Shown: positions 13,162 through 23,920 of the stretch, piece by piece
How positions within the stretch are numbered: position 1 is the stretch's first letter
Layout of the letters: every line of letters begins with the position of its first letter
Source: Callorhinchus milii
Taxonomy: Eukaryota
Direction: 5' to 3'
Assembly (NCBI RefSeq): GCF_018977255.1
Contig: NW_024704990.1
Coordinates: forward strand, 1-64,000
Length of the DNA: 64,000 bases
Notes under the pieces: model-generated
Told to the model about the DNA's origin: nothing
What the model saw: only the letters and a program-made list of their open reading frames with translations
The model's database searches: none
Program-made: the position numbers and the translations under genes

Positions 13162-13250
13162 AATGCGGGAATTGAACATAGAGAAAGATGATGGAATTGT
13201 TTGTTTTGGACAGTTGATGGGCATGTGCGACCATGTGTCAGTCACCCTGG
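13162..13250 (+). CDS. PRODH2: Hydroxyproline dehydrogenase, penultimate coding exon
   Basis: ccag|A ATG...G|gtatg. Encodes MRELNIEKDDGIVCFGQLMGMCDHVSVTL (FGQLxGMCD motif). Confidence 0.93.
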
Positions 13251-13770
13251 GTATGTCACTGTCTCTGTCACTGTGTGTCACCGTACGTGTCATTGTGTGT
13301 GACTGTGTCCGTCTCTGTCACTGTGTTTGTCACATGTGTGGCACCGCGTGTGGCACTGCCGGTGCGTGTCGGTGTCTTTGTCACTGTGTGTGGGGGTCAC
13401 TGTATCTGTCCAAGTGTCTGCATCTGTGTCTGTCCTCTCTTCTCCGTTTCTGTAACGGTGACACAGGAGGGTGTGGTGTAGTGACTGTTCACTGAGTCGC
13501 AGGGTGTGGTGACTGTTCGCTATGATGCAGCCCGTTGTAGAGACTATTCGAGGAGTAGTAACTGTTCGAAGTGCAGTATGTGTTCGAGGTGTTCACTCGC
13601 TGATGCAGTGACTGTTGTTGTGACAGAGACATGGTGTGTTGTAGTGACTGTTATTGTGACACAGGCGCGGCGTAGTGTGGTGACTGGTATTGTGACACAG
13701 ACGCGGGGCAGTGCAGTGACTGTTACCGCGCCACAGATGATGCGGTGTAGTAACTGTTATTCTGACGCAG

Positions 13771-13958
13771 GCATGGCCGGCTACATGGTGTACAAGTCGC
13801 TGCCCTACGGAGCGGTGGACACAGTGATCCCGTACCTCGTGCGCAGAGCTCAGGAAAACCAGGCCGTTCTCCAGGGAGTGAGACAGGAGCAGAAGCTACT
13901 GCGGAGAGAACTGCGTCGGAGATTCCGACTGCCGGGCGCTCGAACTACGCCTTCCTGA
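13771..13958 (+). CDS. PRODH2: Hydroxyproline dehydrogenase, last coding exon
   Basis: gcag|GC ATG...TGA. Encodes MAGYMVYKSLPYGAVDTVIPYLVRRAQENQAVLQGVRQEQKLLRRELRRRFRLPGARTTPS*. YKSxPYG and YLxRRAQEN are PRODH2-type motifs. Confidence 0.93.
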
Positions 13959-14107
13959 ACCGTCCCATCAGCCGATCAGCCCCCGAGGATCACAGCGGGA
14001 ACGGGCAGGAGGTCCGGCGGCATCCAATAGGAGAGGGAAATTAGTTAACGATTTAGGTCGATCGCCTACAGTCTGAAGAAACATTATCTTGGCTCAGTCG
14101 GCTGTGC

Positions 14108-14428
14108 GGAGTCCTGCAGCTCAGTGGTTAGAGCACTCGCTTTGCGAGCGACTGACCCGAGTTCAATTCCAGGCAGAGGGCGAAACCTCGGGCAAGTTTC
14201 CTTACTCCGCACAGAGCCTAATAATAATCCCTCCACAACCAAAAACAATAATAAATTGGTCATTTTCAATCTACGACTGTTTGTGGGACATTGCTGTGCG
14301 CAATTGGCTGCCGCGTTCGCCCACAAATATACAGTCAATTCGCTTTACAGTGTGTTCTGCGGAGCGCTTTGGGACGTCCTCCCGACGTGAGAAGCGCTAT
14401 ATCAAATGCGAGGATTATTATTATTATT
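14108..14428 (+). mobile_element. Full-length tRNA-derived SINE (Deu-like core, L2-type 3' tail)
   Basis: tRNA-like head with A and B boxes (AGCTCAGTGG; GAGTTCAATTCC), core TTGCTGTGCGCAATTGGCTGCCGCGTT, 3' stem-loop and (ATT)n tail. Confidence 0.9.
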
Positions 14429-14871
14429 TTCCTCGCTCCATGGATGGTGTTGACAGCTCCATGGACCTGTTGGCTTTTGAACGTTGGAATAAAACATTTT
14501 TAAAAATATGTGCTCGTGACAATCAGCGCAATTTTTTCTCTCTCTGTGAGTCTCTCTCATTCCCTCTCTCTGTCTCTCTGTCTCTCTTTTTCAGTCTCTC
14601 TCAGCTCGACTCTCTCTCTGTCTCTACTTTTTTCTCCCTCTCTATTTCTCCTCCTCTCTGTATATCTCCCAACTCTCTGTCTCTCCCTATCTCTTGCTCT
14701 CTTTCTCTCTTTCTCTGTCTGTGGCTCTTTCTCTACCTGTCTCTCTACCTCTTTCTTTCTTTCCTTCTTTCTTTCTTTCTTTCTTTCTTTCCGTCTTTCT
14801 TTCTCTCTTTCTCTCTCTCTCGGAGAGAGGAAAGTTTCTTTCATTTCCTTCTCTCTCTCTCTCTCTCCTGG

Positions 14872-15020
14872 TATCCTGTAGCTCAGTGCTGAGGCACTCA
14901 CCTCAAAAACGAGACACCTGAGTTCGATTCCTAGACGGGGAGAAACGTCGGTCAAGTTTTCTTACTCCACACACCCGCGTCTGTTTACTTTGCAATAAAT
15001 AGGAACCCGGTTGATAGTCG
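14872..15020 (+). mobile_element. 5' part of a related, longer SINE subfamily
   Basis: TCCTGTAGCTCAGTG...GAGTTCGATTCC head, followed by a CTGTTTACTTTGCAATAAATAGGAACC segment that is also seen in the 54733 copy. Confidence 0.6.
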
Positions 15021-15111
15021 ATTGTCAGATCTGTCTGTCCGTGTGTCTGTCTGTCCGTGTGTCTGTCCGTCTGTCCGTGTGTCTGTCTGTCTGTCTGTCC
15101 GTCTGACCGTG

Positions 15112-15143
<32 letters not shown>

Positions 15144-16383
15144 TCCGTCCGTCTGTCCGTGTGTCTGTCTGTCCGTGTGTCTGTCCGTGTGTCTGACCGT
15201 GTGTCTGTCTGTCTGTCTGTCTGGCTCAGGACCTGTGTGTGTTTGCGTCTGTTTGCACGTCTGTTTGTATGTGTCTCTGTGCGTGCATATGTGTGTGTGT
15301 CTGTGTATGTATCTGTGCCTGTATGTCTGTCTGTGTGTGTGCCTGTATCTGTGTGTGTATGTGTGTGGCGTTTTGTGCGCGTCTGTGTATGTCACCACGG
15401 CTCAGTTGTGTGTGTCTATGCGTGTGTTTGTGTGTGTGTGTCTGCGCCCATGTTTGCATGTGTATGTGTACCTTTTTTGTGTGCGTGCGTGTGTGTCACC
15501 ACGGTTCAGTGTGTGTACGTTTGTCTTGGTGCATATGTTTGTGTGTCTGTGTGTGTGTGAGTTTGTCTGTTTGTGTGCGTTTATCTGTTTGTCTGTGTGA
15601 GTGTACCTGTGTGTGTTTGTGTATCTATCTCACTCTATCTGTGTCCCTCTCACAGGGTAAAGTGTAGTGACTGTGTTTTGTCTATATAGAGGTTCTCACT
15701 GTCAATATCAGATTATATAGAGTTGTNNNNNNNNNNNNNNNNNNNNNNNNNNNNNNNNNNNNNNNNNNNNNNNNNNNNNNNNNNNNNNNNNNNNNNNNNN
15801 NNNNNNNNNNNNNNNNNNNNNNNNNNNNNNNNNNNNNNNNNNNNNNNNNNNNNNNNNNNNNNNTGTATGACTGTATGTGTGTGTGTCTGTGTGTATGACT
15901 GTGTGTGTGTGTCTGTGTCTGTGTATGACTGTGTGTGNNNNNNNNNNNNNNNNNNNNNNNNNNNNNNNNNNNNNNNNNNNNNNNNNNNNNNNNNNNNNNN
16001 NNNNNNNNNNNNNNNNNNNNNNNNNNNNNNNNNNNNNNNNNNNNNNNNNNNNNNNNNNNNNNNNNNNNNNNNNNNNNNNNNNNNNNNNNNNNNNNNNNNN
16101 NNNNNNNNNNNNNNNNNNNNNNNNNNNNNNNNNNNNNNNNNNNNNNNNNNNNNNNNNNNNNNNNNNNNNNNNNNNNNNNNNNNNNNNNNNNNNNNNNNNN
16201 NNNNNNNNNNNNNNNNNNNNNNNNNNNNNNNNNNNNNNNNNNNNNNNNNNNNNNNNNNNNNNNNNNNNNNNNNNNNNNNNNNNNNNNNNNNNNTGAGTCT
16301 CTGTCTGTGTATGTCTGTGTCTGTCTGTGTGTTTGTGTATGTCAGTCTTTTTGTGTGCATCTGTGTGTCTGCCTGTGTGGGTG

Positions 16384-16418
<35 letters not shown>

Positions 16419-18100
16419 CCGCGTGTGTCTGTCTGTGTAATTCTTTGTGTGTGTGTGTGTCTGTATCTCTGTGTCTGTATGTGTATCTGTGTATATCAGC
16501 CCAGCTGAGTGCGTGTGTGTATGTCTGTGTGCGGGTGGGTGTGGGTGTTTCGGTGACTGCGTGTGTGTNNNNNNNNNNNNNNNNNNNNNNNNNNNNNNNN
16601 NNNNNNNNNNNNNNNNNNNNNNNNNNNNNNNNNNNNNNNNNNNNNNNNNNNNNNNNNNNNNNNNNNNNNNNNNNNNNNNNNNNNNNNNNNNNNNNNNNGG
16701 CTCTGTTTGTTTGCATTTATGAGTGTGCGTGTGTGTGTGTCACTCTCTCTGTTTCTCTCTCACAGGATAAACTATAAAGTGTAGTGACTGTGTTTTCTCT
16801 ATACAGAGATTCTCACTGTTTATATCAGACTACATAGAGGTGTTACTCTGTCTGTGCCTGTGTGTGTCTGTGTGTGGGTGTGTATCTGTGTGTGCGTCTG
16901 TGTGTCTGTGTCTGTGAGTGCGTCTNNNNNNNNNNNNNNNNNNNNNNNNNNNNNNNNNNNNNNNNNNNNNNNNNNNNNNNNNNNNNNNNNNNNNNNNNNN
17001 NNNNNNNNNNNNNNNNNNNNNNNNNNNNNNNNNNNNNNNNNNNNNNNNNNNNNNNNNNNNNNNNNNNNNNNNNNNNNNNNNNNNNNNNNNNNNNNNNNNN
17101 NNNNNNNNNNNNNNNNNNNNNNNNNNNNNNNNNNNNNNNNNNNNNNNNNNNNNNNNNNNNNNNNNNNNNNNNNNNNNNNNNNNNNNNNNNNNNNNNNNNN
17201 NNNNNNNNNNNNNNNNNNNNNNNNNNNNNNNNNNNNNNNNNNNNNNNNNNNNNNNNNNNNNNNNNNNNNNNNNNNNNNNNTGTGTGTGTCTGTATGTTTG
17301 TGTCTGTGATNNNNNNNNNNNNNNNNNNNNNNNNNNNNNNNNNNNNNNNNNNNNNNNNNNNNNNNNNNNNNNNNNNNNNNNNNNNNNNNNNNNNNNNNNN
17401 NNNNNNNNNNNNNNNNNNNNNNNNNNNNNNNNNNNNNNNNNNNNNNNNNNNNNNNNNNNNNNNNNNNNNNNNNNNNNNNNNNNNNNNNNNNNNNNNNNNN
17501 NNNNNNNNNNNNNNNNNNNNNNNNNNNNNNNNNNNNNNNNNNNNNNNNNNNNNNNNNNNNNNNNNNNNNNNNNNNNNNNNNNNNNNNNNNNNNNNNNNNN
17601 NNNNNNNNNNNNNNNNNNNNNNNNNNNNNNNNNNNNNNNNNNNNNNNNNNNNNNNNNNNNNNNNNNNNNNNNNNNNNNNNNNNNNNNNNNNNNNNNNNNN
17701 NNNNNNNNNNNNNNNNNNNNCCGTTTTGTGTGTGTCCATGGCTCAGTTGTGTTTGCCTGTGTGTGTGTGTGTGCGTGTGTGTTTGTGTGTCTGCGCCCGT
17801 GTGTGAGTGTCTTTTCGTGTACATGTGTATGTGTCACTACAGTTCAGTATGTGCGTTTGCCTTTGTGCACGTGTGTGTGTGTGTGTGTGTCACTCTCTCT
17901 GTTTCTCTCTCACAGGATAAACTATAAAGTGTAATGACTGTGTTTTCTCTATACAGAGATTCTCACTGTTTATATCAGACTATATAGAGGTGTCACTGGG
18001 TCTGTGCCTGTGTGTGACTGTGTGTGACTGCGTATTGTGTATTTGTGTCTGTCTGCGTCTGCGTATCTTTCTCTGTGTCTGTCTGTGTTTGTATCTTTGT
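15020..18100. repeat. (GT/CTGT)n satellite with an approximately 1.1-kb higher-order unit, partly N-gapped
   Basis: A roughly 100-bp unique block (CTCTCACAGG(A/G)TAAA...TTCTCACTGT..ATATCAGA) recurs near 15640, 16750 and 17900. Confidence 0.85.
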
Positions 18101-19681
18101 GTGTCATCATTCATTATAATTAATAAAAATTTGTATTAATCCATAATAATCAATAATAATTGATAATATTCCATAATAATTCATAATAATAGTAACAATC
18201 ATTAATATTATTTATTGTTATCCATAATAATTAGTCATCCATAATAATTCATAATAAGTAAAAAATATTTAAAAATAAATAATAATTAATAATCCATAAC
18301 ATAATAATATGACACATTAGTTAATAATAATTAATAATAATCTATAATAATCAATAATGCATAGTAATTAATAGTAATCCATAATAATTAATAATAATAC
18401 ACAATAATTAATAACAATCCATAATAATTTATGATATTTTATATTAATACACAATAATCCATAATATTCCATAAAAATTACAACAATACATAATAATTAA
18501 TGATCCATAATAATTAATCATAATTAATAATAATCCATAATTATCCATAATAATGAATAATAATCCGTAATAATTAATAAGATTCCATGATAACTACTAA
18601 TAATCCTTAATAATCCATAATAATTAACAACAATACATAATATTAATTATCCATCATAATCCATAATAATTAATAACAATCGATAATCTTCCACAATAAT
18701 TATTAATAATTAATAATAATTAATCATAATCCACAATATTCGTTATTAATACATAATAATCCATAACAATAACAGTTTACAATACTCCATAATAATTAAA
18801 AATAATTCTTAATAATTAACAATATTGAAGGATTATAATAATAAATAATAATTAATAATTTGTAACAATTAATAATAATCCATAATAATTAATAATAATT
18901 AATAATAATCCATAAGTATCCATAATATTCGTTAATAATCCACACTAATTAACAATAATCCATAATAATTAGGGTTATTAACCTCAGACACGGTTGACCT
19001 TAGACGAATGTGAATCAATACCCGGATGACGTCAGATCAACTTTAACCCAGAGATAAATAATATTAATAATAAACATTAATAATTAATAATAATAATCAC
19101 AAAACCATTAATAATAGTCCACAATAACTATTAATAATTCACAATAATTAATAATATCATGTAATAATTCAGAATATTTAATCATAATAAAAAATATTTC
19201 ATAATTATTAATAAAAATTAATAAAAATCCACATCATTTAATAATAATTTATAATAATTGATAATCATCCACAATAATTATTAAAAAATAACAACAATGC
19301 ATAATAATTAATAATAAAACGTAATAATTAATAATATGATTAATAGTCCTTAATAATTAATAATAATTAAAAATATTCAATAACAATTGATGATAATCAA
19401 TAAAAACCCACAATAATTCGTGATAATTATTAAAATGTACCAATCCATATAATTAATTATAATCCACAATAATTTATAATAACCTACAATAATAAATAAT
19501 ATTCCATAATAATTAATGGAATATTATTAATCACTAATAATTATAATGGAATATTTTTAATTATTATCTATTATTATTCATTATTATTAATTATTGTGGA
19601 TTATTTTCAATTATTTACTGTTATTGAATATTTTCAATTATTATTCATTATTATGGAATATTATTAATTATTAAGCATTAT

Positions 19682-20005
19682 GGAGTCCTGTAGCTCAGTG
19701 GTTAGAGCACTCGCTTTGCAAGTGAGAGACCTGAGTTCAATTACAGGCAGAGGGCGAAACCTTGGGCAAGTTTCCTTACTCCACACAGAGCCTAATAATA
19801 ATCCCTTCAAAACAAAGCAATAATAAATTGGTCATTTTCAATCTACGACTGTTTGTGGGACATTGCTGTGCGCAATTGGCTGCCGCGTTCGCCCACAAAT
19901 ATACAGTCAATTCACTTTACAGTCTATTCTGTGAAGCGCTTTGGGACGTCCTCCCGACGTGAAAAGCGCTATATCAAATGCAAGGATTATTATTATTATT
20001 ATTAT
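19682..20005 (+). mobile_element. Full-length tRNA-derived SINE
   Basis: Near-identical to the 61267 copy; has head, core, stem-loop and (ATT)n tail. Confidence 0.92.
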
Positions 20006-20628
20006 TTTTAATTATTGTTTATTATTTTCAATTATTGTGGATTATTTTTAATTATTATAAATTATTACGTTATACTATTAATTATTACTAATTATTATTA
20101 ATTATTATGGAATATAGTTATATATAGGATTATTTTAATTATTATAAATTATTATTTGTTATTAATTATTAAGCAATATGTTTAATTATTTATTAATTGT
20201 AATAGAATATTATTAATTATTGTGGTTTATAATGAATTATTATTAATTATTATGTATTCATATATATTATTATGGAACATTATTAATTATTATTATGGAA
20301 TATTTTTAATTATTACTTAATATTGTAAATTATTGTGGAATACTTTTAATTATTATTAATTTCCGTAATATTATTAATTGTTGTTAATTATTACGGAATA
20401 TTTTTAATTATTGATTATTATTAATCATTATGGCATATTCTTCATTTTAATTAATTATTATTATATATTATTATTTAATAATAATTATTATTGTGAATTA
20501 TCATTCATTGTTATTAATTATTATGCATTATTATCAGCGATTATTATGTAATAACATCAATTATTATTAATTATTGGTGATTATCATTAATTATTATTAA
20601 TTAATTATTAACTATTAATTATTATTAC

Positions 20629-20895
20629 CAACAACAGCGCCTCCCGGTGCCTCAACACCGTCACTGCAGCCGCTACAGTGATGTGCTGCAACAACAGCGC
20701 CACACGGTGGCTCAACACCGTCACTGCAGCCGCTACAGTGATGTGCTGCAACAACAGCGCCGCCCGGTGGCTGAATATCGTCATCGCAGTCGCTACAGTG
20801 ATGCACTGCAACAACAGCCACGCCAAGCGGGTCAATAAAGTCACTGCGGCCGCTACCGTGATGTGCTGCAACAACAGCGCCGCCCTGTGGCTCAA
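20629..20895. repeat. 60-bp GC-rich tandem repeat, about 4.4 copies, carrying CTCF-like motifs
   Basis: Unit CAACAACAGCGCCACACGGTGGCTCAACACCGTCACTGCAGCCGCTACAGTGATGTGCTG, with period exactly 60. Confidence 0.9.
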
Positions 20896-21749
20896 TATTA
20901 TTAAATATTATTAATAATAAAAATATTAATAATAAGTACTATTTAATAATATTGCATAATCATTAATAATTATTATTAAACATTAATAATATATTATATT
21001 TAATGATATTCCATAATGTTTAATGATTATTATTAATTAATCATTAATAATAAATAATAATTAAAAATATGCCACAATCATTAATAATAACTAATAATAT
21101 TAAATAATAATACTAAAAGTAAGACATAATGTTTAATGACATGCCGTAATAATTAATAATTGTTGTTATTCATTTATAATGATAAATAATAAGTAAATAT
21201 ATGGCATAATAATTAGTAATAATTAATAGTTAATAATATTGAACAATAATCATAAAAATAATAATAAATATTATTTAATAATGTAATTAATAATTATGTA
21301 ATATTATTAAATATTATTAATTACTATTAATCATTGCTGACTATTTGTGATTATTAATTATTGTGGATTATTATTAGTAATTATTGTGGAATATAATACA
21401 TTATTATTTATTATTATGATATGTTTAAATTTTTTGGTTATCATTAACTATTGGTGGTGATTATTAATTATTAATTATTAATGAATATTTTTATTTATTA
21501 TTAATTATTGGTGATAATTATAATTTATAATGAATCATTATGACATATTTTTAATTAATGTGTATTATTATTAATTACTAATTCTTATGGAATATTTTTA
21601 AAATATTATTTATTATTATTAATGATTAATAATCATTATTAAATATATGTCATAGTATTTAATATTATTTAATGTTATTAACTATGATTAATTATTGGTG
21701 ATTATTGGTGAAATTCAGGGACGAACAGAACCCCGAGGTTCCTGATTGG

Positions 21750-22452
21750 CTTTGAGAGGTGGAGAGTGCAGCCTTGGATGCTGATGCTGTCAGCGCCTGA
21801 GGTGCGTAGGCGCTGATGCGAGCCAATCAGGAGGGCCACGGTTTTGCGTACGTTGAGCTGAAGAAAGTTGTCTCTCGTCCAGGACTCGATGTCGGACAGG
21901 CAGCTGTCAGGACATCGGTGGTCGTGGAGTTGAGGGTAGAGGAGGAAAGGGAGAGTTGGGTGTCATCCGCATACATGTGGAAGTTAATCATATTTCTGCG
22001 GATGATGTCACCACAGGGGGAGCGTTTTGAGGGTGAAGAGGAGGGGACCGAGGACAGAGCCCTGAGGGACACCGCAAGACACAGTGCGGGGGTGGAGGAA
22101 AAGCCTTTGCTGGAAACAAAATGAAGAGAGTGGGAGAGGTGCGACCTAAACCACTCAAGAACAGGACCTTGAAGGTTGAGGTGGGAGGACAAGCGGTGGA
22201 GGAGGATACCGTGGTCGACCGTATCGAAATGCTGCCGATAGGACGAGGAGGACGAGGAGGCAGAGGGAGCCCTGGTCACAGATGGTCAGGATGTCAGTGG
22301 TGACCTTGACCAGGGCAGTTTCTGTGCTATGGGCAGCACGGAAACCTGACTGAAGGGGTTCGAATAATGAATGGGTGGAGAGGAAAGAGCACAGCTGTGT
22401 GGCGATAACTCTTTCAAGGACCTTGTACAGGAAGGTGAGGTTGGAGATGGCT
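21750..22452 (-). mobile_element. Internal L2 RT fragment
   Basis: Encodes ISNLTFLYKVLERV...[21 protein letters not shown] and [11 protein letters not shown], with frameshifts. Confidence 0.9.
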
Positions 22453-23145
22453 AAACACCAGCCAGCACCCACTAAACACCAGCCGGCACCCACTAAACAC
22501 CAGCTTGTACCCACTAAACACCAGTCAGCACCCATTAAACACCAGCCAGGACCCACTAAACACCAGCCAGCACCCACTAAACACCAGCCGGCACCCACTG
22601 AACACCAGTCGGCACCCATTAAACACCAGCCGGCACCCACTAAACACCAGCCGGCACCCACTAAACACGAGCCGGCACCCACTAAACACCAGCCAGCACC
22701 CACTAAACACCAGTCAGCACCCACTAAACACCAGCCGGCACCCACTAAATACCAGCCGGCACCGGCTAAACACCAGCCGGCACCCACTAAACACCAGCCG
22801 GCACCCACTAAACACCAGCCAGCACCCACTAAACACCAGCCAGCACCCACTAAACACCAGCCAGCACCCACTAAACACCAGCCAGCACCCACTAAACACC
22901 AGCCGGCACCCACTAAACACCAGCCGGCACCCACTAAACACCAGCCAGCACCCACTAAACACCAGCCGGCACCCACTAAACACCAGCCAGCACCCACTAA
23001 ACACCAGCCAGCACCCACTAAACACCAGCCAGCACCCACTAAACACCAGCTAGCACCCACTAAACACCAGCCGGCACCCACTAAACACCAGCTAGCACCC
23101 CTTAAACACCAGCCGGCACCCACTAAACACCAGCTAGCAAGCACT
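22450..23145. repeat. 21-bp minisatellite, about 33 copies
   Basis: Unit CACTAAACACCAGCC(G/A)GCACC; abuts the 5' break of the L2 fragment. Confidence 0.95.
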
Positions 23146-23920
23146 GAATAACAGCCATCACCCCTGAACACCAGTAACAGACGCGCACACACAGACAGTC
23201 AGAAACACAGACACCAGGTATACATACGCAGACACACACACTCAAACAGATCTGCATACACACTGTTAACACCAGACCATATAGTGGTGCTCCCTGTTAA
23301 TATCAGACAGCCAGAGACACTAATCAGCTGGAACGTATTAAACACCATCCACAACAACAACAACAGACACAGACTCATGAAAATACAGATACACACAGCC
23401 ACATACGTGTCACTTTGCCGCAAAACTTTTGACATCTCAATTCAATTCTTCCACCTTGTCCCCTCCTTCCCCGTTTACAGTTTCTGTCTTAGAGGCCATC
23501 CTCTTCGACCGAGTCTGTGGACACTTCTCCCGGGGAAAGTGTTACTGAAAAGCGAAAAAAAGCTATCATGCGTGAAGTGAGATCTTTAAATGCAACTTGT
23601 CGTGGTTGCTGATTTTTGACATAAATTACAAAAAAGCATTGCACGCCAAATAAAACATTTTTACCAATAATAAAAATGAAAAATAGACACACAGAAATAG
23701 GTCACTTAGTTTATGTTGCGAGGTTCTACGACTGGACTGGGCAAATAAGTGTACAAACATTGCGTTATCTGGAGAGTTTTTCACGTCCAACAGTACTTGT
23801 CCGGATAATCTGCAAACAGGAATGGGTGTTTATTCTATACATGAACACAGGCATATTCGAGAAGTAAAACTGTCAAGACATCTTCGGTCGAAAAATAGTT
23901 CTTTATTATTCATAATAGTT

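Larger units (their letters stand above)
18100..21710. repeat. AT-rich (AAT/ATT)-derived low-complexity region with strand-orientation switches
   Basis: AATCCATAAT-type units run to about 19510. Their reverse complements (ATTATGGA/TTGTGGATT) follow. The pattern repeats after the 60-bp array. Confidence 0.9.

Noticed and set aside
1121-13958. Assignment to PRODH (proline dehydrogenase 1)
   Set aside because: DAEYTYLNPALSL, WIWNTY, FGQLMGMCDHVS and RRAQEN fit PRODH2 better.
14108-14180. SINE heads as tRNA-Ala(TGC) genes (also 19682, 41825, 61267)
   Set aside because: No 3' acceptor stem; each continues into the SINE core and tail.
22375-23151. (HQPAPTK)n ORF as a repeat protein
   Set aside because: Pure minisatellite with no unique domain, signal peptide or splice support.
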